17,066 bases of DNA from Polyangiales bacterium (GTDB taxonomy: Bacteria > Myxococcota_A > Polyangia > Polyangiales > Houyiibacteriaceae): positions 1 to 17,066 of the forward strand of contig JBGCFM010000166.1 in assembly GCA_045106895.1 (NCBI GenBank), written 5' to 3'. The notes below the pieces were generated by a model. It was given only the letters and a program-made list of their open reading frames with translations, searched no databases and was not told the origin of the DNA. The translations under genes and the position numbers were made by a program. Numbering within the stretch: position 1 is the first letter of the stretch; every line of letters starts with the position of its first letter. Below, piece by piece: positions 7,773-16,430 of this stretch.

Positions 7773-9058
7773 CGCCAGCGAAGGGTCTCGGCGTTGCCCG
7801 GGATAACTCGGTTCTGGTTCAACCCTTCTGGGTTCGACACGAAGATGCCGCCGCGCGAAGAGTAGAAGGCGACCATGCGACAGTCCGGAGAGAACGCCGG
7901 GTCCTTGTTGCTGCCCTGGCCCTGCGTCAGACGCGAGTACTGCTGAGTGCTGATATTGACGGTGAAGATGTCCATGCCGCCGCTTCGACCCGTGAAGGCG
8001 ATGAGTGGGTCACGCCCGTTCATGCACCACGCAGGCGTCTGATTGTGGGAGCCGCGGAAGGTCACGCGGCGCGCGCCGGAGCCGTTGCCGTTCATGACGA
8101 ACACCTGCGGGCTGCCGTGTCGCGTGGACACAAAAGCCAAGCGCCCACCCGGTCCACATCGCGGGCTCACGTCGATGGCCGGGTGACGGGTGATCCGGCG
8201 GACATCGCCGCCGTTCAGGTTCGCGCTGTAGATCTCACTGTTCCCGTCGCGCGTGGAGGTGAAGTAGACGCGCCCGCCACAGATGCTGGGGCCCATATTG
8301 AGGCCGTCGCCGTCGACGATGCGGCGTCCCGACGCACCGGAGTGCGTGATGAACATACCGAGGTCTGTGAGGCGGCTAAACCAAACGCCGCCGGGACCGA
8401 AGTCCGGCAACATGTTGACGCCATCACCGCTGGAGACCCGCCCGACCGTCGAGCCATCCCAAGACGCCACGAACACATCTTTGCGACCCGGTCCGAGCCG
8501 GCGGCCAAAGGCAATTCGGGAATTGAACGCGCCGGCCTGGCCGGTGATCGTGCGGAGGACCTCATTGGCGAAGTCGTGCATGAACGTGCGCATTTCGCCG
8601 GGCGCGCCGCGGTAAGTCTTCGTAAGCGTGGCCGTCGCACCGCGGCTCAGCTCATAGAGGCGCATCTCAACGACGATGCGGTTGCCGGTGCGGGTGACAT
8701 TTCCCTTCACCACGCCTTGAGCACCCACGGCGCTCCAGGCGGGGGGTCGCATGTCCAGGCCCTCGTCTTCGAGGTTGGCGATGAACGAGCGCGAGTCGAG
8801 GACGTCAAAGAGGCTGACGAGCCGGAGGTCGTTTCGAACCACCTCTGCGCCACTTCCGCCTAGATTGCCGTCACCACGAAGGTTTGGAATGGCGATCTTG
8901 TAGAGCGAGCGCTCCGGCGAGTCGATCTCCACGACGACGCCTCGCTCCGGCAGCGGCTCGTCTTCACTCCGCTGAGATCGCCCGGGTGTAACGACAACGA
9001 CCAATGCGGCGAGGACGGAGGACAGAGCGACAATGACTGGAATTCGTTTCGAAATCAT
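7769..9058 (-). CDS. tolB: TolB-like periplasmic protein (TolB_N plus PD40 beta-propeller)
   Basis: Signal peptide; TolB_N-like IAIP, RNDL and HDFANEV; PD40 repeats FTSTRDGNSEIY, FVSTRHGSPQVF and PAFSPD. Confidence 0.85.
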   Translation of the reverse strand: MISKRIPVIVALSSVLAALVVVVTPGRSQRSEDEPLPERGVVVEIDSPERSLYKIAIPNLRGDGNLGGSGAEVVRNDLRLVSLFDVLDSRSFIANLEDEGLDMRPPAWSAVGAQGVVKGNVTRTGNRIVVEMRLYELSRGATATLTKTYRGAPGEMRTFMHDFANEVLRTITGQAGAFNSRIAFGRRLGPGRKDVFVASWDGSTVGRVSSGDGVNMLPDFGPGGVWFSRLTDLGMFITHSGASGRRIVDGDGLNMGPSICGGRVYFTSTRDGNSEIYSANLNGGDVRRITRHPAIDVSPRCGPGGRLAFVSTRHGSPQVFVMNGNGSGARRVTFRGSHNQTPAWCMNGRDPLIAFTGRSGGMDIFTVNISTQQYSRLTQGQGSNKDPAFSPDCRMVAFYSSRGGIFVSNPEGLNQNRVIPGNAETLRWR

Positions 9059-9172
9059 GGATTAAGCCTTGTCCGGAGACCTTAGAGCACATCGAAGGGA
9101 TAGACGAGTCCCAGAGTGATATCTTCATCTCTCGCCGCCGTCAGAGAGGTCTGTCTGTTGTATGCTTCCGCC

Positions 9173-9688
9173 ATGAAGTGGGACGGAACAGGCGTATCGA
9201 TGGAGGTCTTCACGTACAAGGAGGGGCTGCTGTCGAAGATCGCGCACGACCTTCGCATCGTTGTACCGAACCCCAAAGTTCGCTTCGATGGCGAATCACT
9301 GACGGCGCGCATCAACCTTCAAGAGCTGCAAATCGCGTCTGCGCAGAAAGACGGCCGGGACTCTCCTTCGCTCAGTGACGGGGACAAAAAGAAGATCCTG
9401 AAGAGCCTACACAACGACTCGCTCAAGACCCGCCGACACCCCGAGGCGGTCTACGAAGCGAAGGCGCACTTTCCGGATGACACCCACGCGGAGCTCAAAG
9501 GCAAACTGACGCTGCATGGCACCACGCGTGACCTCCCTATTTCTCTCGCCCAGAAAGACGGACGATGGTTCGGCGAGGTCGTGATTCAGCAGCCCGACTT
9601 TGGCATCAAGCCTTTCACGGCGATGCTCGGAGCGCTGAAGATCAAACCTGAGGTGCGTATCACCTTCTCCGCGCCGGTGACGGCGTGA
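9173..9688 (+). CDS. YceI-like lipid/polyisoprenoid-binding protein, no signal peptide
   Basis: HDL, GKLTLHGTTR, QPDFGIKP and V.I.F terminal motifs; ATG 9173 preceded by TATGCT. Confidence 0.85.
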   Translation: MKWDGTGVSMEVFTYKEGLLSKIAHDLRIVVPNPKVRFDGESLTARINLQELQIASAQKDGRDSPSLSDGDKKKILKSLHNDSLKTRRHPEAVYEAKAHFPDDTHAELKGKLTLHGTTRDLPISLAQKDGRWFGEVVIQQPDFGIKPFTAMLGALKIKPEVRITFSAPVTA

Positions 9689-10827
9689 GCAACGATGATC
9701 TCTTCTATGAAGACCTAGCGCCCCTCGCCGACTTCGGGGACGTCGCAGACCCATCTCACTACGCGCCAGCCCCCGCGAACTGGCTCCTCGTCATCACCGA
9801 TGTCGAGGGCTCGACGAAGGCCATCGAAGAGGGACGCTACAAGGACGTCAACGCCCTCGGCGTCGCATCCATCGTGGCGATTCAGAACGCATGCTCGGGC
9901 ATCGATCTGCCGTTCGTCTTCGGCGGAGATGGCGCGACGCTGCTCTGTCCGGGTTCAAAGCGCGCGGCCTTGGAATCGGCGATCCGCGGCCTTCAGAAAC
10001 GCGCGACGGACGGGTTTCAACTCGGCATGCGCGGCGGCATCGTCCCCGTTGGCGCGCTCCGCGACGCGGGCCACGAGGTCCTCGTTGCACGCTTCGCGGC
10101 GAGCAAAGACGCGAGCTTCGCCATGCTCGCCGGCTCCGGGATCACCGTGGGTGAAAAGTGGGTCAAAGACAAAGTGCGCGGCAAGGAGTTCGCCGTGGAG
10201 GCGGGCCCCACCCATGCAGACTTCGAAGGCTTCGAGTGCCGCTGGAAGCCTATTCCCGCGCAAAACGGCGAGATGCTCAGCGTGCTGGTGCAAGCCCTCG
10301 GCGACGAGCGCGAAGATCTCACGCAAGTCTACCAAGAAGTGATCGCGAACTTCGAACGCATCCTGGATGGCGATGGCCGTCCTGTCGCGACGTCTAATCT
10401 TCAACTTGGCGACGCCAAAGGGGACTTCGCGTCGGAACTCAAACTGCGTGGCCAAGGCTGGGTCCCCGCAGGCCTTGCGATGCTGGCGAAGAACCGCATT
10501 GGGCAGAACTCGATGGACACCGGGAAAACGCGCCTTGGCTTCAACGGTCGCGAATACCGGCAGGAGGTCGCCGCGAACACCGACTTTCGAAAGTTCGATG
10601 ACACGCTGCGAATGGTCATCGACGTGAGCACCGCACAAAAAGACGCGCTGCTTGTTTTCCTCGAGTCCGAGCGCGAAGCGGGTCGACTCATCTATGGCGT
10701 GCACTCGGCGAAGTCCGCGCTGATGACCTGCGTGATTCGCGAGCGCAAAGGCAACCACGTGCACTTCGTGGACGGCGCCAACGGCGGCTACGCGCTGGCA
10801 GCAAAGCAGCTCAAAGCGATGCTCTGA
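9685..10827 (+). CDS. DUF3095 family protein (nucleotide-cyclase-like)
   Basis: WxxVITDVxGSTxAIxxGRYKDVN, PFVFGGDGA, CRW, DFRKFDDTLRMVID and HFVDGxxGGYALAA; GTG start overlaps the yceI stop. Confidence 0.85.
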   Translation: MSNDDLFYEDLAPLADFGDVADPSHYAPAPANWLLVITDVEGSTKAIEEGRYKDVNALGVASIVAIQNACSGIDLPFVFGGDGATLLCPGSKRAALESAIRGLQKRATDGFQLGMRGGIVPVGALRDAGHEVLVARFAASKDASFAMLAGSGITVGEKWVKDKVRGKEFAVEAGPTHADFEGFECRWKPIPAQNGEMLSVLVQALGDEREDLTQVYQEVIANFERILDGDGRPVATSNLQLGDAKGDFASELKLRGQGWVPAGLAMLAKNRIGQNSMDTGKTRLGFNGREYRQEVAANTDFRKFDDTLRMVIDVSTAQKDALLVFLESEREAGRLIYGVHSAKSALMTCVIRERKGNHVHFVDGANGGYALAAKQLKAML

Positions 10828-10836
10828 GCGCAGCCT

Positions 10837-11526
10837 TTAAGCACTCGGGAGGCGAAGGAGCTCTTCCTGCGCTTTGCCGCGGTTGCGCAATGCCAGGACG
10901 ATGAGCGTCACGGGAATGCAGCCAAGCATCAACACCACGGCACCCTTCATCACCAGGCTGCCGACGGCCATCGCGATGAGACCAATGCCCAAAAGAAGAA
11001 GGACCGCCACGCCCAATAGCACGTGACTCCCTCGCATTCGCGAAGCGAGTTCGGAACGCGCGCTCTCTAGAAGCGGTACGCCAAAGAGGTCGGCGGCGGT
11101 GTTGAACTTTGCCCCAAGGCTGGCGCGCATCGAAGCCTCGACGGCGGGCGAGAGAAAGAGGGTCTCGCCCACTTGCTCAAGTTCGACGCCAGCGAATGGA
11201 GTGGCGAGGTCAAAAAGCTCCGTCATTGAGAACGGCACAGCGTGACTGCCCCCAAAGTGAATCTCTTTGAGCTTCGCGTCGCCACCGACGACCAAAGCTC
11301 GGGTCTCACTCTGGGCCAACAAATATGCGTCGACGCCATAGTCGATATCTTCGCGAACGACGCTGGGGAAAAACGTAAAGCTGCCCACACGAACATCCCG
11401 GGGACCGGGAGCGCCTGCCTGGAGCGGGCCGATTCCTTCGAACTCAGCGCCCGCGGCGCCGCCCACAACATCTTCCAGCTTCGCCCGTGCGACGAAGCCC
11501 TCCCATGCTGTGTTGAGCGCATCCAT
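10837..11526 (-). CDS. Hypothetical protein with two C-terminal TM helices
   Basis: 229-aa ORF that fills the gap exactly; ATG 3 nt after the ychF stop; two hydrophobic segments followed by a basic tail. Confidence 0.65.
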   Translation of the reverse strand: MDALNTAWEGFVARAKLEDVVGGAAGAEFEGIGPLQAGAPGPRDVRVGSFTFFPSVVREDIDYGVDAYLLAQSETRALVVGGDAKLKEIHFGGSHAVPFSMTELFDLATPFAGVELEQVGETLFLSPAVEASMRASLGAKFNTAADLFGVPLLESARSELASRMRGSHVLLGVAVLLLLGIGLIAMAVGSLVMKGAVVLMLGCIPVTLIVLALRNRGKAQEELLRLPSA

Positions 11527-11529
11527 GTT

Positions 11530-12642
11530 CTAGACGTTGAAGCGGAAGTGCATGATGTCGCCGTCGCGGACGACGTACTCTTTGCCTTCGACGCCCATCT
11601 TGCCGGCGGCCTTGACGGCTTGTTCGCTCTTGAGCTCAAGCATGTCTTCGGAGGCGATGACCTCGGCGCGGATGAAGCCTCGCTCAAAGTCCGTATGAAT
11701 CTTGCCTGCCGCCCCGGGCGCTTTCGTGCCTCGCTGAATGGTCCAAGCGTGCACTTCAGTCTCGCCACACGTAAAGAACGTGATGAGGTCGAGGATGGCG
11801 TAGCCGGTGCGAATCACGTGGTTCAGGCCGGGCTCTTCGAGTCCAAGGGACTCCAGGAACTCCGCGCGCTCTTCTTCCGGGAGCTGCATGATCTCCGCTT
11901 CGATGGCGGCGCTGATGACCACGACGGGGACGCCGCGCTCTTTGCCCAGGGCCTTGACCTTCGAGACGAGTTCATCGTTTTCGATGTCGTCGAGCTGGTC
12001 TTCTTTGACGTTCGCCACGAAGAACATCGGCTTCTCGGTGATGAGAAAGAGCTCGTGAACGATGCTGAGTTCGTCCTCGCCCAGATCTTCCTTATCGAAC
12101 TGGCTCGCGGGCTGACCGGCGTCGAGGATCTTCTCCAGCGCTTCGCAGACCACAACGGCCTTCTTCTCAATGGCGTTCGTGCCTTTCGAAGCGCGGCGCG
12201 CGCGCTCGAGGCGTTTCTGCACGCTCTCGAGGTCCTTGAGGATCAGCTCTGTCTCGATGGTCTCGATGTCCGAGAGTGGATCGACGCGATTGTCGACATG
12301 AACGATGTTCTCATCGACGAAGCAGCGAACCACGTGGGCGATGGCGTCGGTGTCGCGGATGTTCGTCAAGAACGCGTTGCCGCGCCCTTCACCTTTGGAC
12401 GCGCCACGAACAAGTCCGGCGATATCGACAAAGTCGACGCTGGCGCCGATCTCCTTGCCCGGCTTGAACAACTTCGCCAGCGCATCGAAACGTGGGTCTG
12501 GCACCTGGACGACACCCACGTTCGGATCGATGGTGCAAAACGCGTAGTTTGCTGCTTCCGCCTGTTGCTTGGACGAGAGCGAGTTGAAGAGCGTGGACTT
12601 TCCGACGTTTGGAAGCCCGACAATGCCGACTGATAGACCCAT
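11530..12642 (-). CDS. ychF: Obg-family ribosome-associated ATPase YchF
   Basis: GIVGLPNVGKSTLFN, ANYxFCTIDPN, DIAGLVRGASKGEGxGNxFL, NVKE, and the TGS domain ending DGDIMHFRFNV. Confidence 0.98.
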   Translation of the reverse strand: MGLSVGIVGLPNVGKSTLFNSLSSKQQAEAANYAFCTIDPNVGVVQVPDPRFDALAKLFKPGKEIGASVDFVDIAGLVRGASKGEGRGNAFLTNIRDTDAIAHVVRCFVDENIVHVDNRVDPLSDIETIETELILKDLESVQKRLERARRASKGTNAIEKKAVVVCEALEKILDAGQPASQFDKEDLGEDELSIVHELFLITEKPMFFVANVKEDQLDDIENDELVSKVKALGKERGVPVVVISAAIEAEIMQLPEEERAEFLESLGLEEPGLNHVIRTGYAILDLITFFTCGETEVHAWTIQRGTKAPGAAGKIHTDFERGFIRAEVIASEDMLELKSEQAVKAAGKMGVEGKEYVVRDGDIMHFRFNV

Positions 12643-12708
12643 TTGCGTCGCGCGTTAGCGCCTCGCCCGGCCCCGCGCAAGGCCGGCGCCCTCATTCACT
12701 TGCACTCT

Positions 12709-12734
12709 CGTCACGTGGCCGTCACGGAAGTGAC
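12709..12734 (+). promoter_or_regulatory. Pho-box-like direct repeat (OmpR/PhoB-type binding site)
   Basis: CGTCACG-TGGC-CGTCACG at 12709-12726 (11-bp period); GTCAC-GGAA-GTGAC inverted repeat at 12721-12734. Confidence 0.6.
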
Positions 12735-12807
12735 AAAGTGGGGGTTCAGGGTTCAGACTATGTTCTCCTTGGCTTCTCACGCCGCTTTCGCTGAACAAGT
12801 CGCATTT

Positions 12808-13494
12808 ATGGGCAAACGCATCCTCGTAGTCGAAGACGAAGCAGACCTTGCTGAGCTCGTGGCCTTTAATCTGCAGCAAGCCGGGCACCGCGTGACCACC
12901 GCCGGGGACGGCGCCACGGCCCTCGCCGAGATTCGACGCTCCGCCCCGGACCTCGTCGTCCTCGACGTGATGCTCCCGGACATCACGGGCATCGAGGTGT
13001 GCCGGCAGCTGAGACGCGCAGAAGCCACCGCATCACTTCCCGTCGTCATGCTCACGGCCAAGGGGGAAGAAGTCGACCGCGTCGTTGGCTTCGAGGTGGG
13101 CGCAGACGACTACGTCGTCAAACCCTTCAGTCCACGGGAGCTCGTGCTCCGCATCGAGGCGATCCTCCGCCGGCTCGGTGGCTCCGAGAGCACCTCTTCC
13201 GCCACCATCGAGGTGGGCACGCTCTTCATCGACGTCGGCGCTCATACGGTGAACGTCGAAGATGAAGAAGTTCCCCTCACGGCGCTTGAGTTTCGTCTCC
13301 TCCTCGACCTCGCCAAACGTCGTGGCCGCGTGCAGTCCCGCGACTCACTCCTCGAACGCGTGTGGGGATACGCGCCCGGCATCGAGACACGTACCGTGGA
13401 CACACACGTGAAGCGGCTGCGCGAAAAGCTGGGCGGGGCGGCGGCCTACATCGAGACCGTGCGAGGCGTCGGCTACCGCATGGTCAAAGACTGA
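12808..13494 (+). CDS. OmpR/PhoB-family response regulator (PhoB-like)
   Basis: REC (ILVVEDE, LDVMLP, LTAK, DDYVVKPF) plus winged helix (LTALEFRLL, RTVDTHVKRLREKLG, IETVRGVGY). ATG 12808 directly precedes the REC domain. Confidence 0.95.
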   Translation: MGKRILVVEDEADLAELVAFNLQQAGHRVTTAGDGATALAEIRRSAPDLVVLDVMLPDITGIEVCRQLRRAEATASLPVVMLTAKGEEVDRVVGFEVGADDYVVKPFSPRELVLRIEAILRRLGGSESTSSATIEVGTLFIDVGAHTVNVEDEEVPLTALEFRLLLDLAKRRGRVQSRDSLLERVWGYAPGIETRTVDTHVKRLREKLGGAAAYIETVRGVGYRMVKD

Positions 13495-13533
13495 GCGCAT
13501 TTGCTGACGCGTTCGCTCACTCGCGCGGGGACC

Positions 13534-13824
13534 ATGCTCGGCGCGTTGTTCAACACGACGACCTGCTACTTCTCGCGTGAACGCTTCACGGACACAGACA
13601 TACCGGCGTCGGTTTCTATCGGTCTCGGCGTCGCGCTCACGCTCGCCGGCTCCATCCGTCTGGCTCGACTACCCGGTCCGCGACGACGGCCGCGCCTCGC
13701 TGGGGCCGTCGTTGGAACCGTGTTGATGTCCGTTTTGAGCCTCGGTGTTTTGGCTCTCCCGCTGCTCCCTGGGTGGGTCGGCTGCGCTAAGCAGCTGAGC
13801 CTGGTTCACTTGGGTATGCCTTAG
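13534..13824 (+). CDS. Small hypothetical two-TM protein, possibly a gene remnant
   Basis: Two hydrophobic stretches separated by an Arg-rich loop; fills the gap between genes; start uncertain (TTG 13501 or ATG 13534). Confidence 0.35.
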   Translation: MLGALFNTTTCYFSRERFTDTDIPASVSIGLGVALTLAGSIRLARLPGPRRRPRLAGAVVGTVLMSVLSLGVLALPLLPGWVGCAKQLSLVHLGMP

Positions 13825-14316
13825 CGTTCCACCGCCCCGATATCCGGGGAAGCGCCGCGGGCCCGGCCCAGGATGTCGTCGCTCGCCATTTGCGTGGGCT
13901 CGGCGGCGTCAACGGCGGCGCTGCCCGCCGCTGGCGAACCGTACTGCGTGACCAGGCGCTCGAAGGCCGCGCAGATGTCCTCGCTCCCGTCGGCGAAGGC
14001 GCTGCCATCCCAGTGCGGCACGACGAGCCCGCTTTGGTCGCCGAGCAACGGGTCCCGTAGTGCCGCCCACATCGTCGCTTGGGTTGATCGCCTCGGTGTC
14101 ATCCTCAGGGACAGCGTCGCCTCCGTTCCAGTAGAGGTTATGATCGATGCTGAAGTCGCCGACGTCTTCCGGCGATCCGTCGGAGAAATCGTTGCTGTCT
14201 GAGCCATCCAAGGCGCCCATGGTGCCCGTCGGATCGGACCAGATGTTGTTGTAGAGCTCGATGCCGGTGATGATGGGGTTCGCGTCTTCGCGGTTGAAGC
14301 GGAACGCAAACGCGCA
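13821..14316 (-). pseudogene. 5'-truncated, frameshifted remnant of a secreted parallel beta-helix / choice-of-anchor Q-like protein
   Basis: One frame reads AFAFRFNREDANPIITGIELYNNIWSDPTGTMG...DHNLYWNGG...DDVGGTT; after a shift near 14055 another reads DPLLG...GSAAVDAA...DILGRARGASPDIGAVER*. In-frame TAG at 14320-14322 and no N-terminus. Confidence 0.78.
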
Positions 14317-14318
14317 TG

Positions 14319-14334
14319 CCTACATCCTACATCC
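14319..14334. repeat. 7-bp tandem duplication CCTACAT-CCTACAT-CC
   Basis: Read directly at 14319-14334, where the pseudogene frame breaks off. Confidence 0.85.
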
Positions 14335-14348
14335 CGCTCCGCTGCGGA

Positions 14349-16430
14349 TCACGATTCGGCGCAGATCCGCATCATGTCGTGGATCAACTCACTGCAGTCG
14401 ATGGCATCGAGCGTCTTCGGATCCACGTCGAGTTCCAGCGCGCCGAGCCTCTGCGTGGGCGACGCATCCGGTCCGCCGGTGAGGCCCGGAGAGTAGCTTA
14501 GCTTCGCGTTCCCCACGCTGAACGCCTTCGTCGCGTCGTCGATCTCTCGTTTCCATCCGTACGATTCAACGGCGAAGAGCTTGCCGCTTTTGACCTCACG
14601 GCCCTTCCACTGGTTCATGTCGAAGTCGCTCGCCGTGTACACGGGGCGACCCACCTGCTCGAAAGGCTGAAGCAGCTCGTAGTCTGCGAGGAGGTCGCCG
14701 GCGGCACCTCGCATGCTCTCACTCACAGTGGCCGGGTGATACACATACACTTCAGCGTCCGCGCCGAGCGTGATCTCATCATCGTTTAGGTCCGCGAAGG
14801 TGCCGTCCTCGGCGACGCGAAAAGCCTGGCCCGCGCTCATCCAGATGAGACCCGACGCAGGACTTCGCATGACCGGATGCTCGAAGAAGCAACGACGCGC
14901 CACATCCAGCGGCCACGAACGCTGCTTGACCATGGCGGACTCAAGTCGCGCAAGCGCGTGCTTCGCCACGGCCTTGGCGTCTTTGGCGAGGGCCTTGAAC
15001 GCCTTACTGGCTGCCTTGAGCTTGACCTTGTCGGCGCTCTTGAACGCGCCCGCGGCTCTCGGGAACTTCGCGAGGCGCGCGCCCTCAGCGTCCATCGCAT
15101 AAGGCACGAGGTGCGCATCGAGGGCTACCTGAAGCGTCAGCTCTTCGTCGGCGCCTTCTGCGCTGAGCTCGAAGAGAAGCTTGCCGTCCGCGCTTAGATC
15201 AAGGTCCGGAACCAGACGATCCGCGAGCTCGTCGGTGGTCATTCCAAGGGACTCCGCGATGTCGTCCACCTTCTCGGCCGCCGCGGCCTTCAGACCCTTC
15301 GTCTTCGCCTTCACGCTAAACTGATAGAGGGCCATCAGCGCGCGCTCGCTTCCGATACGCGCCAATAGCTCCACGCCCACCTTGGCTCGTGCCGACAGTC
15401 CGTCGCTCGGCCAGCGAAGCATCAGCGACGCGAGGTTGCGGCATACGGTCTCGCCGCCGATCCAGCCAAGGGCCACAAACGCCCACTTGTCCTTCGACGG
15501 CGCGCCAGCCCACGCCCACTCTCGAAAGAGCGACCACACAAACGCGTCCAGAGATTCGGCGCTGCAGAACTCCTGCACTTCTTCGAGCGCTGGGTAGGCC
15601 CCTTCTTCCGTGCTCGCTGCGAGCATCCCAAGAACGATGGTCGTCGCCGTCTCGTCGAGTGTGCCCGCCTTCGTCTCGATGGGCGCGAGGCGCCTGACGT
15701 CGAGCCACTTCGGGAGCTTTGGTGCTTTCTTCAGCGCGAAGGGACTCGCGTCGAGGATCTGCGTCACCGCCGCCAGCGTCTCGTCGCCATAAGCCTTCGC
15801 GGCCTCCTCAACGAGCGCGCGCTGCCCTTCACTGGCGAGGATCTGAACTCCGGTGACGGCGCCGTCGGGGGCCTTGTCTTTCTTGCTGCGACCTTCGCCG
15901 AGGGCGATAGGAATGAGGCCGTGTGCCGCGAGCTTTGCGTGGGCCAAGAGCCACCGGCGGGCAGGCTTTCGTCCTTGTCTCCCGGAGAGTCCCTGAGCCA
16001 CGGGTTCGACGAGGCGGGAGCTCGCGATAGGCAGCGCCGCTTCAAGGAGAGGCCCGACGCCGCTGGTCTTTCCTTCGCCGGCGACATCGCTTGGGATCTC
16101 TGCAAAGCCTGCCCGGCCGAGGAGCGAATCGAGGGCCGCGAGCTCAAAGGTCGCGACAAGACGACGGGCGTTCGCCGTGGTGCTCTTCCACCAGCACGGA
16201 TGAACGGCGTTCCACATAGGAAGCGCCAGCCGCGGGTCCAGGTAACAAACCTGAAAGACCCCCCAGTCGCGGAAATCATAGTTGTTTCCGTGGACGATGC
16301 GCTTCTTGAAGCACGCGATGGCGTCCAGCTCCGAGCCGTCGCCAAGTCGCTTCACCATCTCTTCGACGAGAGCGGCGCCCTTCTCCTTCGAGTCGAGGGC
16401 GTCAGCATGAAACGTGCCTTCAAAAACCAA
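14349..16430 (-). CDS. DUF4132 domain protein (MolR/YehI-like), 5' end uncertain
   Basis: FVWSLFxxWxxAGAPSKDKWA, LGMTxDELADRLVPDLDL, RLESAM, HPVM, FRVAEDGTFAD and DYELLQPFEQVGR. TTG start 16430 is doubtful; first in-frame ATG at 16358. Confidence 0.85.
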   Translation of the reverse strand: MVFEGTFHADALDSKEKGAALVEEMVKRLGDGSELDAIACFKKRIVHGNNYDFRDWGVFQVCYLDPRLALPMWNAVHPCWWKSTTANARRLVATFELAALDSLLGRAGFAEIPSDVAGEGKTSGVGPLLEAALPIASSRLVEPVAQGLSGRQGRKPARRWLLAHAKLAAHGLIPIALGEGRSKKDKAPDGAVTGVQILASEGQRALVEEAAKAYGDETLAAVTQILDASPFALKKAPKLPKWLDVRRLAPIETKAGTLDETATTIVLGMLAASTEEGAYPALEEVQEFCSAESLDAFVWSLFREWAWAGAPSKDKWAFVALGWIGGETVCRNLASLMLRWPSDGLSARAKVGVELLARIGSERALMALYQFSVKAKTKGLKAAAAEKVDDIAESLGMTTDELADRLVPDLDLSADGKLLFELSAEGADEELTLQVALDAHLVPYAMDAEGARLAKFPRAAGAFKSADKVKLKAASKAFKALAKDAKAVAKHALARLESAMVKQRSWPLDVARRCFFEHPVMRSPASGLIWMSAGQAFRVAEDGTFADLNDDEITLGADAEVYVYHPATVSESMRGAAGDLLADYELLQPFEQVGRPVYTASDFDMNQWKGREVKSGKLFAVESYGWKREIDDATKAFSVGNAKLSYSPGLTGGPDASPTQRLGALELDVDPKTLDAIDCSELIHDMMRICAES

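Noticed and set aside
7754..8863. 369-aa plus-strand ORF
   Set aside because: Antisense shadow of tolB.
9955..10764. 269-aa minus-strand ORF
   Set aside because: Antisense shadow of the DUF3095 gene.
11242..12633. 463-aa plus-strand ORF antisense to ychF
   Set aside because: Shadow ORF expected from GC-rich codon bias; no recognisable motifs; ychF is unambiguous.
12643..12807. 55-aa N-terminal extension of the response regulator
   Set aside because: Covers the divergent promoter region; the REC domain begins at ATG 12808.
14045..14062. Programmed frameshift as explanation of the split ORF
   Set aside because: No slippery heptamer, and the gene also lacks its 5' end, so decay or sequencing error is simpler.
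13873..14202. 109-aa plus-strand ORF
   Set aside because: Antisense to the pseudogene, whose minus-strand translation carries the recognisable motifs.
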